A stretch of DNA of 63,998 nucleotides from Psammoneis japonica (Eukaryota). The notes under the pieces were generated by a model that made no database searches, had not been told where the DNA came from, and worked only from the letters and a program-made list of their open reading frames with translations. The stretch spans positions 1 through 63,998 of the forward strand of contig QPGO01000307.1 of NCBI GenBank assembly GCA_008632985.1. Direction: 5' to 3'. Position numbers and translations under genes: made by a program. This document shows, one piece after another, positions 37,243-47,569 of this stretch (position 1 is the first letter of the stretch; every line of letters begins with the position of its first letter).

Positions 37243-38141
37243 CTCGCTTTATCCTTTCATCGGGAAGACGCCCGGTGCGTTTGTTGCAGCAGAGGATTCG
37301 ACGTGGTGCAGCTTCGCAGGTCAAAGGATTGGTGCCGACATTATGATTTGAATCAAACTGAATCCCCAACGGATGGTTTGACTGTTTCAATGGTGTTTGA
37401 GGCGCCATCATCAAGTCCAGTTGGGTCGTATTGCTGTCGGAAAAACAGGAGTACGCGGAGACCGCTACGCAAAGCATTGTGCATCAATATCTTCTCGGCG
37501 AAGGTCACCTCCTGTAAGGCTCAAATCAGAATGGTCCATCAATGCACGGAAAGCTCGTGAAGGATTGGAGCTTTGTTGTCAGAAGCACAGCTTCGCCACG
37601 AAGCCAACTTCTTAAGAAAAGAGGCTCCCCAATTCTTCCTCAGTGTATCATTTGAGATGGCTTTGATTCGTTCGTGGTTGGTTCATTCCTCGGTATGACT
37701 CGGACAGCATTGTTGACCAAGGGATATCACATTGGTTTGCGTCTGTGTCTTGCGTTGCCTCTTATAAGCTTGCAGAGTGTTGCCTGATATAACGTTACGA
37801 CGACTTGTACGAGAAGAATCGCCCCCGCGTTCTCCGACTGAGCTAAAGCTGCGTCTGGAAGGTGCAGCAACTGCTCTTGTTGCCTTCGACACCACATTGA
37901 CCTGGTTATGTTTTAACGAATGAGGATACTTTTTGAAACTCTTGTACATCGAAAACATGGGAAATCGAGGAAGAGACTGCGCAGTTGGAAGACACCGGAG
38001 CAACGCGATCATCCTGAAAATGAAGAGTTGCAATTTTATTGCTTATTTTATGCTTCTTGCTCGTCTTTTGATTGGTGGGTGATATAGGCTTGTACGATGC
38101 GAGTGTAGCGACCGCATCACAGACCAACTTGGCGCCTTACT

Positions 38142-38336
38142 TTACCAATCGTCATCGTCAGTTTTCATTGCAGCCGGTAATATCACGAGGATCCCAACAA
38201 AGACGGCAATGCACCAGAGCAGGCACACGCAGAGGTAAATGCACTTTTGCTTGTCGGTGCAAGTCACAATGTGAGCTCCCGGCACCCATCCCTCCCCCGC
38301 TCTATTCAATTCTTCAATGGTCGGTGGCCTGCTCAT
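38142..38336 (-). CDS. Small single-pass membrane protein (64 aa)
   Basis: ATG at 38336, MSRPPTIEEL..., one clear TM helix and acidic tail TDDDDW. Confidence 0.5.
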   Translation of the reverse strand: MSRPPTIEELNRAGEGWVPGAHIVTCTDKQKCIYLCVCLLWCIAVFVGILVILPAAMKTDDDDW

Positions 38337-38445
38337 TCTAAAAAAGTATGGTTTTGGATGCGGCGACTTGTCGATGACAACACAGCTGATGAGATGACTG
38401 TAAAGGCAGCCAGCAGAGATGGCAACAAGGATGTTTGTAAAATAC

Positions 38446-38564
38446 GAATGGGATGCACGAAGAAGAAACCGAAAGTGTGTCGATGCAGATGACACACGAA
38501 TGGCATGCACGAAAAAGAAACCGAACGTGGGTTGATCAAGATGACACACGAATGGGATGCACGA
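38446..38564. repeat. ~52-bp tandem repeat x2.3
   Basis: CGAATGG(G/C)ATGCACGAA occurs three times, with GAAACCGAA and AGATGACACA repeated between. Confidence 0.7.
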
Positions 38565-38982
38565 ATCATCATCTTTGCCGGTAGTGGCAACTTAGCTACA
38601 ACTAATCTCTAAGCTAGAGCTCTCTCTACTAGAGTAGAGCTTTACTCTAGAGTAAATAGTAGTAGAGAGAACATATTACTTGTAGCAGCTTGTTAGTACC
38701 GGCACCGTAACACCGAAGGTTAGACTGAAGACGCGCAGACAGATTGACATAGTTTTATTCAACCCTTACATGACGGTATAAAAGTATTTATCTGAGTCGT
38801 GCGTGCGTTTCGAGCCGATCTTTCGCGCAAAAAACGCGCGAAATTCTCGCAACAGAATTCTTTCTCACAAAACAGAACGAATCGTCAGCCAGCAGCTTCT
38901 CACTTTTCGTGTGGAAGCAAAAAGAAACAGGCATGATTGGAGTTGACAAGCTGTTGATTTGTTTCTCTATTGACCCATCGTC

Positions 38983-39981
38983 ATGGAAAACAAGTCGATA
39001 ATTCCGTTACGTCAGCCTCCGACAAGGAGAGTGACAATCACTCGTCACATCACGGCGGCGGCAGCACATTCGAATCATCATCATGCTCGTCATGCTGGTA
39101 TTGATGCATACAAGAGAAACATTATGGCTGGAAGCATGGCTGGAGTAACATCCACGAGTTTGTTTTATCCATTGGATGTGCTTCGTACCAAAATGCAGTC
39201 TTCTGGTAAAAAACGTACGCCGCTACGAGAATTCTTTACCAAGACGATTCGACGTGGCGGCGGTCTCCAAGTGTTGTATACGGGCCTGTCTCTGCCACTG
39301 TCGGCACAGGCCGTGTACAAGGCGACGCTCTTTACAGTCAATGGTGCTTCCAAGACGCATCTGTTGGAATACAAGCGGCAAGTGCATGGCAAGGATTATC
39401 AATTATCACTGCAAGACGAATTCATGTGTGGAGCTCTGGGTGGTGCCGTGAATGCTGCGCTCTTTGTCACGCCCGTGGAGTTTGTACGCAACCAGCTAAT
39501 TGCTCAGCAACCGCGTACTGTAGCATCTGGTCCGATTCAGGTGGTAAAACGCACCCTATACGAGCAAGGAATTGCGGGTTTGTGGCGTGGAGCCGCCGTT
39601 ACCGTCACGCGCGATGCGTTGGGATGGGGCTTTTCCTTTTATGTCTATCATTCGTGCCGTGCCCATCTTGAATCAAAATACAGGGATGCGGTGGATCCAA
39701 ATGCAATCACAATAGTTTCGGGTGCCATTACGGGTATTAGTTTCTGGTTGGTAGCCTTGCCCCTGGATACAGCCAAGACGTTGGTTCAGAATGGATCTGC
39801 TCCGTCGGCAAGGGTTGCCCTTCAAGAATCGTTGCGTGCCAGGGGTCCGTGGAGAACCATGCTTCGGTTCTGTCGAGGATGGCAGTTTGCGTTTGGGAAA
39901 GGAGCACCCGCTGCTGCAGTGACTTTGAGTACATTTGACGTTTGTTCTCGGACGATTTCAGAATATAGATGGATAGAGTAG
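38983..39981 (+). CDS. Mitochondrial carrier (SLC25) family protein, paralog 2
   Basis: PLDVLRTKMQ, PVEFVRNQL and PLDTAKTLVQ. Clear paralog of 18197-19183. Confidence 0.92.
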   Translation: MENKSIIPLRQPPTRRVTITRHITAAAAHSNHHHARHAGIDAYKRNIMAGSMAGVTSTSLFYPLDVLRTKMQSSGKKRTPLREFFTKTIRRGGGLQVLYTGLSLPLSAQAVYKATLFTVNGASKTHLLEYKRQVHGKDYQLSLQDEFMCGALGGAVNAALFVTPVEFVRNQLIAQQPRTVASGPIQVVKRTLYEQGIAGLWRGAAVTVTRDALGWGFSFYVYHSCRAHLESKYRDAVDPNAITIVSGAITGISFWLVALPLDTAKTLVQNGSAPSARVALQESLRARGPWRTMLRFCRGWQFAFGKGAPAAAVTLSTFDVCSRTISEYRWIE

Positions 39982-41059
39982 TTGACAGTAGAAATGAATG
40001 GTTCGTATGATGTTTGTGGATACGTTTGTGCGTATGTTTCAGTTTACCAGTGAAGCAGCAAGTCGTTTTCACAGCCGTCCATTATAATTGTATTGATTCA
40101 ATTTAACATAGCATCCATGCAAGCCTTCCACTGAAACCTCCATCTGCAGCCGATGGCATATGCATCAGTAGTTTTCAGGTTGAGCTCATGCGAGGAATCC
40201 ATCTTGAGATTTTTGGATCTGCTTGCCGCTATCAAACCAGAGCTGAATATGTGCGGACTCAATGGTAGTCATCGCTTTGCTTTTGAAGCGCCGAGACCTT
40301 GTCTTGATTCGGCGAGTCGAATAGCTCGTAGATGCTGTTTGTTGGGCGCACACCCGGTCGCACACTATCAACAGATGCTGTGTGGCTGCTGTTTCTCCTC
40401 CACAAAGCAAGTTCGGATCTTTCTGCTCGAGCACACTGCCAGATCAAATGACTTGCAAAGTCTGGGAGTTCTCCCATCACTTCCACCCGTAGTTGGTCAA
40501 GCCTCGCACCCCTAGTGTCATTTTGACACGGGGAAGCACGTGTTGCCGAGGTGATTCGCATGTCCTCGCACACGGTTGCCAAAGTTTGACAGTTGCGCTC
40601 CCCGTTACGAACAAGCGACAACACACCCCGTGGAAGAGAGTCTGGTTAAAAACTGCCAGGATGGCCACTGGACAAGGAAACGTGTCATTTTTATTACGTT
40701 CATGCAAGGAAACCAAAAGACAGCCCACGGCCATTCCCAGATGCCAACTGTTTGAGATAAAATGCAGAGACTGCATGCACCATCCTGATCTTGAATTCTG
40801 CCATGTAACGTCTGGCACCACCAAGCATGCCGGGATCCCCAATCCTGAATTTTCATCTGCCATTCTTGGCCATGTGCTTCATGGTGCCACCACACACACC
40901 AGTGGCATCCAAGGCGCAGTTTGATCCCAGCTTGCTAACATGCACCAACTGTGGGCCACTTCCTTCATCATCTGTTTCTTCCGTGCATGAGTGCTCTGCC
41001 TGAATCTTCAACACGAGTTTGCCACCAGCAGCACTTGCTGCTTTCTCATGCTCTTTGTG

Positions 41060-41200
41060 GTCAGGTGGTTGGGAACCAAAGGGCAGCTGTCGCAAGCATC
41101 TCCAATGCGCCATTGCCATTGCTGTCAGCCTGGTCAGGATTCAAAACCAAGGGGCAGTTGTCCCTGTCATTAAGAACGCCATCACCAGCAGCGTCCCTGA
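41060..41200 (-). pseudogene. Thrombospondin type-3 (Ca-binding) repeat relic
   Basis: DAAGDGVLNDRDNCPLVLNPDQADSNGNG, then after a frameshift IGDACDSCPLVPN. Confidence 0.7.
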
Positions 41201-42236
41201 GCTTCAAAACAAAAAGACACCGCAACCTCCATTCTGCCCCTTCATCATAAAAAAGAGCATTTTGCTGCAAAGCTTGCACGCAGCATTCTGCAGGCCCAAT
41301 GTCACAGGGAGTCCCAACCAGGATTAAAGCCCATCAGCCGCACGAATTTTTCAACATGCCCTGACAGCAATCACAATTTTGCTGAAGTTTTGAGCTCTTC
41401 CAAAAAATTGCACCACTCATCACTGGGAATTTGTCAATTTTTTAAGAAGTCCCCACGAACCCCAATGTCCTCAATGGCCATTCTCAGAATGCAAACAACA
41501 TGTGTGTGCCAAATGAACCATGCTGATTTGTTCTCTGAGGGACACACTTTCAATTGCCGACCAGCCGACCCGCCGACCCGCCAACCCACCGACTCACTGA
41601 CCTGCCGACCCACTGACCCACTGACCCACCGACCCACCAACACACTGACACACCAACACACTGATTGACTGACTGACTGACACAAAAAAGTCTGCAATCA
41701 CCAACCACCGAGTGGTCAATCACAGTTAATTTGTTGATTTTTTAGGAAGTCCCCACGAACCCCAATGTCCTCAATGATCGTTCTCAGAATGCAAACAACA
41801 TGTGTGTGCCAAACAAACCATGCTGATCCGTTCTCTGAGGGACACACTTTCAATTGCCGATCGGCCACCTGACCGACCCACCAACCCGCCCACCTGCCAA
41901 CCCGCCAACCCGCCCACCTGCCGACCCGCCGACCCGCCAACCCACCGACCCACCGACCCGCCGACCCACCAACAGACTGACACACACCAACACACCAACA
42001 CACTGATTGACTGACTGACTGACACAAAAAAGTCTGCAATCACCAACCACCGAGTGGTCAATCACAGTTAATTTGTTGATTTTTTAGGAAGTCCCCACGA
42101 ACCCCAATGTCCTCAATGATCGTTCTCAGAATGCAAACAACATGTGTGTGCCAAACAAACCATGCTGATCCGTTCTCTGAGGGACACACTTTCAATTGCC
42201 GATCGGCCACCTGACCGACCCACCAACCCGCCGACC

Positions 42237-42326
42237 NNNNNNNNNNNNNNNNNNNNNNNNNNNNNNNNNNNNNNNNNNNNNNNNNNNNNNNNNNNNNNNN
42301 NNNNNNNNNNNNNNNNNNNNNNNNNN
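42237..42326. other. Assembly gap (N run)
   Basis: Run of n. Confidence 1.
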
Positions 42327-42689
42327 GCACAAATGACACACAGAGATTGTGTTTCCATGTCTGCACATGAAATCTTGATCGTTGATTTAAAAGCAACCAA
42401 CCGACCCACCAACCTGCCGACCCGCCGACCTGCTGACCAACTGACCCGCTGACCTGCCGACCCGCTGACCCGCTGACCCGCCAACCCACCGACCCACCGA
42501 CCCGCCGACCCACCGACCTGCCGACCCACCGACCCGCCGACCTGCCGACCTGCCGACCCGCCGACCCGTTGTTCTCAGAATGCAAACAACATGTGTGTGC
42601 CAAACAAACCATGCTGATCTGTTCTCTGAGGGACACACTTTCAATTGCCGACCGGCCGACTGACCGACCCACCAACCAACCCACCGACT

Positions 42690-43079
42690 GACGCGTTCCA
42701 GGTCTAGGTGGGACCTCATGCTGCTGAACTGTGACATCGACAGTTTTTTGAATCACGTCGCATGTCGCGCACGTAGATTTCTACGTGATTTTTTTGATGT
42801 TTTGTGTCATTTTACGGTGCACTTGTTGAGTGATCCGTCCAACAACTTTTGACATTTTTTGTTACAGCACAATTCTACAATGTCTTAAGAATCGCACAGG
42901 GCAGGTGCATTTGCAAAAACGTCGAGTGGCAAGAGGCACAATTGTGCCACAAACTTGGCCGTTCATTTGATGTTGAAGATGAGTGCATTCATCAATTAAA
43001 TTCTCGCACTGCGGAGCTGGCACGCAGAATTCCATGGACCCAATGTCACACGGAGTCCCACCTGGGGCTGGAACGCGTC
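42690..43079 (+). mobile_element. MITE, 390 bp, family 1 copy C (partly hypermutated)
   Basis: Same TIRs and colinear interior as 2707-3096. Flanks GACT/AACC are explicable as a GACC TSD after CpG decay at each junction. Confidence 0.92.
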
Positions 43080-43974
43080 AACCCACCAACCCACCAACAC
43101 GCCGACCACCGACCCGCCAAAACCGTCCCGCTGACCCACCTGCCCACCGACCCACCAACACACCGACACACTGATTGACTGACTCACTGACACAAAAAGT
43201 CTGCAATCACCAACCACCGAGTGGTCAATCGCAGGGAATTTGTCAATTTTTTAGGAAGTTCCAACGAACCCCAATGTCCTCAATGCTGATTGACTGACTG
43301 ACTGACACAAAAAAGTCTGCAATCACCAACCACCGAGTGGTCAATCGCAGGGAATTTGTCAACTTTTTAGGAAGTTCCCACGAACCCCAATGTCCTCAAT
43401 GATCATTCTCAGAATGCAAACAACATGTGTGTGCCAAATAAACCATGCTGATCCGTTCTCTGAGGGACACACTTTCAATTGCCGACCCGCCGACCCGCCG
43501 ACATGCCGACACACCGACACACTGACACACTGACACACTGACTGACTGACTGACTGACACGAAAAAGTCTGCAATCACCAACCACCGAGTGGTCAATGAA
43601 AAGTCTGCAATCACCAACCACCGAGTGGTCAATGAAAATCCTTATATGATGATGATGTTGTTTCTTGTTTCTGACGACTGACGACAGACGTACCGGTGCT
43701 AGTTGATACGTCTATGACCGACCAATGACTGAATGACTGTCAGCAGTCACTCTTGACAGGGCATAAGAATACACAATGTCTCTTCCTAAGTAGTGCAATG
43801 AATGTCACAAATTCAAAATGCGCAAATAATAAGCCCCACTGAAGCACGTTTTCCACAACGCATTGCACGATGAAAAATTTTGTAGTCTTCGAATAGTCGT
43901 CGTCTCTTCGTGCTGTTTCTCTATCGCAGTTTCCTCTCCGCAATCAAAATCAGACGAGCGGAAGAAAAGACGAC

Positions 43975-44745
43975 ATGAGATTTGGGCACCAGCTTATCGA
44001 CAAATGGTTGTGCCTTTTAGCGCTTGGGCTATTGTGCGAGCCGACTAGCGGCAAGAACGAAATGTTGCACGGACTGCGCGGCGACAGAAAGAACGACGCA
44101 ATTCTTGTAAGTCACGACGCGAGGCTTTTGAAGGACTGCGAGTATTGTGATGCATTGAAGCCCACTGGAATTACAGATTCTCTAGCGGTAATGGTATCTG
44201 ATGCACTTGGAAGCTTGGACAAATGTGAGAATGAATCCTGCGTCTCGGACATGGCAAGCTTTGTAGAAACGATACGAATGAGTGAAGAAAAGTACAAGAA
44301 GATTACGCCCGATCAAAGCGCGTTGTTGAAGGATTTTATCAAGGAAGTAAAGAATGAATGCGAAACCAAGATCCGTGAAGAGCAAAAAGCCAAGGCGCAA
44401 GCGGAAAAGATAAAGCATGGTTTCAAAGAACCAGGCCCATCAAGCAACGCCGATCCTCCCTGTACCTATTGTCCAATGTTTGAGGAAGCGGAATTCCCAG
44501 AAAAAGCCATCCATCGGCTTCGAGTTAAATTTGCTGAGCTTGACAAATGTTGCAAAGTGTTGTGTGCGCGTAATGCGTCTCGGGAGCTGGATAGGACGCG
44601 TCTGCATCTCGAAGAGAAGAACTTGCTTGATGAACACCAGAGCGAGTTTTGTAAGGATGCAATCAAAGAAGCTCTGGATAACAAGGTGGCCGACATTGAA
44701 AAAGCCGCAGAGGAAGAAACCAAGAAAGAGAAGAACAATGACTAA
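43975..44745 (+). CDS. Secreted protein with a duplicated Cys-containing helical module
   Basis: 256-aa ORF with a signal peptide and two copies of CxYC...LDKC....C...QS...KD.IKE. Confidence 0.78.
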   Translation: MRFGHQLIDKWLCLLALGLLCEPTSGKNEMLHGLRGDRKNDAILVSHDARLLKDCEYCDALKPTGITDSLAVMVSDALGSLDKCENESCVSDMASFVETIRMSEEKYKKITPDQSALLKDFIKEVKNECETKIREEQKAKAQAEKIKHGFKEPGPSSNADPPCTYCPMFEEAEFPEKAIHRLRVKFAELDKCCKVLCARNASRELDRTRLHLEEKNLLDEHQSEFCKDAIKEALDNKVADIEKAAEEETKKEKNND

Positions 44746-45061
44746 CCGAAGCTACGAAGACTTCTCTCGATTCAGTTTGTCCATCCGTTCTTAGAACTAG
44801 TTACACGTGACCCATGCGACGAATAAATTCTAGCTTGTTTTCAAGTCATCACGTCCAAAGTTTGTTCAAACTTGTTGGTTGTATCTCCTTTAGAGTGAGA
44901 GTGCATGTCCTATGAAATGAAAGTATCTGATAAAAACAAACTAGTCAAACAGCCTCTTCCGATCCACTCGTTGTGCTTTTGTCAGAGAATAACGAGAACG
45001 AAATAGGAGAAACGACTCTGTCATATTACATTGGCGATTTCTAAATAGAAGTATATTTTTA

Positions 45062-46345
45062 CTAATGAACACGCCCGACAGCTGCTTCTGATCCGCTGGT
45101 GGCGTTACCTTCAGAATACGAGTGTGCTCCAGTTCCAGCGAGTTTGCCGCCAGACACGATTTGATACTCTTCGCGAATCGGTTTGCCAGCCATGAAACAC
45201 TCGAGAATTTCCCGCACACCAGCCGCATACCTTGCTTGGGCGCTCAAGGTTGTTCCTGATGTGTGAGGCGTCATACCGTGCCAAGGCATTTCCCTCCAAG
45301 GATGATCCGCGGGAGGCGGTTGTGGAAACCACACGTCGCCGGCGTACCCAGCGAGCTTTCCATCCTTGAGTGCCTTGGCAATCACATCGCGGTCGCACAG
45401 CTTACCACGTGCCGTGTTGACCAAGTAAGCACCTTGCTTGAAGAGATCAATGGTATCCGAGTTGACCATGTGCTCCGTCTCGGGATGAAGAGGACAGTTT
45501 AGCGTAACGACGTCCATCTCTTGAACCATGTCGGTCCAGTTTTCCCAGTAGGTGAGATTATACTTTTCCTCGACATCCTTGGGAAGGCGATGACGATCCG
45601 CATAGTGTAGTTGACAGTCAAACGGATGTAGTCGTTTGAGCACCGCAAGTCCAATACGGCCAGCAGCAACCGTCCCCACCTTCATCCCTTCAATGTCGTA
45701 GGCACGCTGGACACAATCCGCAATGTTCCATTTTCCATCCTTGACAACATGGTAGGACGGAATGTAGTTGCGTGCCAAGGACAAAATCATCATGACGACA
45801 TGTTCTGAGACCGAAATGGAATTGCAATACGTCACTTCGCAGACATCAACATTGTGCTTCATGGCTGCCTCCAGATCAACATGGTCGGAGCCAATGCCCG
45901 CCGTGATTGCAGCTTTTAATTGAGGAGCCTTGGACAAGCGTTCTGCCGTCATGTAGGCCGGATAGAATGGCTGTGAAATGACATAAGAGGCATCAGCCAA
46001 ATGAGCATCGAATTCCGAGTCGCTGCCGTCCTTGTCTGCCGTCACGACGAGTTCGTGTCCAGCTGCCTCGAGAAACGAGCGCAATCCTAATTCGCCAGAG
46101 ACACAACCGAGCAACTCTCCCGGATTAAAGTCAATACTCGAAGGCGTGGGTGTCGTCTGGCCATCAGGATAGACGGAAATGTCTGGAATGGAGTCTCGAG
46201 CATACTTTGGGGGGTATCCAGTGACTGGATCCGGGTAGAGCACCGCGACTATTTTGTCTTGCAAGACCGTCGACGTGCGGAAGCCACGACGAAGACTCAA
46301 AGCGGTCGAAGCCTTGGTACGAAGAAGAGCACAGCGAGACAACAT
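45062..46345 (-). CDS. fdh: NAD-dependent formate dehydrogenase with mitochondrial-type presequence
   Basis: ISQPFYP, AGIGSDHVDL, NSISVSEH, AAGRIG, NTARG, GDVWFPQP and MTPHTSG motifs. Arg/Ser-rich leader MLSRCALLRTK...RRGFRTS. Confidence 0.96.
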   Translation of the reverse strand: MLSRCALLRTKASTALSLRRGFRTSTVLQDKIVAVLYPDPVTGYPPKYARDSIPDISVYPDGQTTPTPSSIDFNPGELLGCVSGELGLRSFLEAAGHELVVTADKDGSDSEFDAHLADASYVISQPFYPAYMTAERLSKAPQLKAAITAGIGSDHVDLEAAMKHNVDVCEVTYCNSISVSEHVVMMILSLARNYIPSYHVVKDGKWNIADCVQRAYDIEGMKVGTVAAGRIGLAVLKRLHPFDCQLHYADRHRLPKDVEEKYNLTYWENWTDMVQEMDVVTLNCPLHPETEHMVNSDTIDLFKQGAYLVNTARGKLCDRDVIAKALKDGKLAGYAGDVWFPQPPPADHPWREMPWHGMTPHTSGTTLSAQARYAAGVREILECFMAGKPIREEYQIVSGGKLAGTGAHSYSEGNATSGSEAAVGRVH

Positions 46346-47013
46346 GTTGACCGTCAACGGAAGCAGAAAGAAGTGAAGCACTTATCGCAGTGAAACAAAA
46401 AACAGCCGACGCAAGTAAGATCTGAAAAAGGGTTCTCTCAACGGATGAAGGTGTCACCTCTGGATCTTTTCGTTCATATTTCGCGACCAACGAACTGATT
46501 CCACGACTGAAGCTCCCCCCGACGTCTGACCGACCTTTTGCCGTTGCTTTTAATAAATCCTGCCAATGCCCAAAACGTTTATGCTGATCAAATGGGGGGA
46601 ACTGCCGTATTGGAGAAACTTCAAAGTCGAGAAGACTTGTACTAGTCAGCCATACAATGCTCATTACTTTTCTGGTAGAAGAACATTGATGAAATTGGGT
46701 TCTCCTGCGCCAAAAAAGGCTTCTCATTCTCAGCCAGACTTGAAAACGTGAGAAAGCGTCGAGGAGGATGGGAAAGCAGGCACAGCCCAAATCTCAGATG
46801 GTCAGGGTCAATGTAATACTCCCAGCATATCTGTATCTTTAGGGTCTTTGTACAGTGTGTTCAAAGCCCGTCTTGTTTGACAAGCAGCAAGGTGTGTGGT
46901 AATAGGGCCTTGTGCATGGCCTAAATAGGCTCTTCGTCGTTTTGGGGTTATGGGTAAAGATTTCATGCTCGTGGCTGGTTAACGACAAGCCCATAGCCCA
47001 ATCTCTTTGTCTG

Positions 47014-47146
47014 ACTTCGAGCCAAAGTAAGCTAAATGGTTAGTGTAAATCGTTAAGTGTCATTTCCACTTCGACACAAAGAAAGCTAAATGGTTAGTGT
47101 AAATCGTTAAGTGTCATTTCCACTTCCATACAAAGACAGCTAAATG
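47014..47146. repeat. 54-bp tandem repeat x2.5
   Basis: AAGCTAAATGGTTAGTGTAAATCGTTAAGTGTCATTTCCACTTC occurs twice exactly, plus a partial third copy. Confidence 0.85.
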
Positions 47147-47292
47147 CTTAACGGTAGTGGTCAGATTTCAAAATCTGAGCAATACAGAAATGTCAATGAT
47201 GAATAAGGATTTTAGATTGCTTCTGCCGTAAATATCATTACGCCAATGCCACTAATGAATACACAAATGAATTTGTATTCCATCCTTTTCCT

Positions 47293-47569
47293 NNNNNNNN
47301 NNNNNNNNNNNNNNNNNNNNNNNNNNNNNNNNNNNNNNNNNNNNNNNNNNNNNNNNNNNNNNNNNNNNNNNNNNNNNNNNNNNNNNNNNNNNNNNNNNNN
47401 NNNNNNNNNNNNNNNNNNNNNNNNNNNNNNNNNNNNNNNNNNNNNNNNNNNNNNNNNNNNNNNNNNNNNNNNNNNNNNNNNNNNNNNNNNNNNNNNNNNN
47501 NNNNNNNNNNNNNNNNNNNNNNNNNNNNNNNNNNNNNNNNNNNNNNNNNNNNNNNNNNNNNNNNNNNNN
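47293..47569. other. Assembly gap (N run)
   Basis: Run of n. Confidence 1.

Larger units (their letters stand above)
41420..43632. repeat. Compound satellite: ~140-bp conserved block + variable CCGA/CCAA/CTGA tract + ~55-bp block, interrupted by a MITE and an N gap (within TpA-depleted domain E, ~40810-43640)
   Basis: GAACCCCAATGTCCTCAATG...CTCAGAATGCAAACAACATGTGTGTGCCAAA...CTCTGAGGGACACACTTTCAATTGCCGA recurs about five times and AAAAGTCTGCAATCACCAACCACCGAGTGGTCAAT six times. Confidence 0.9.

Noticed and set aside
37226..38033. Possible minus-strand gene with a mitochondrial-like leader
   Set aside because: Could not join the ORFs with convincing splice sites and no domain was recognised.
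41420..43632. CRISPR-like repeat-spacer array
   Set aside because: Repeats are 55-140 bp, the intervening tracts are low-complexity rather than unique spacers, there are no cas genes and the context is eukaryotic.
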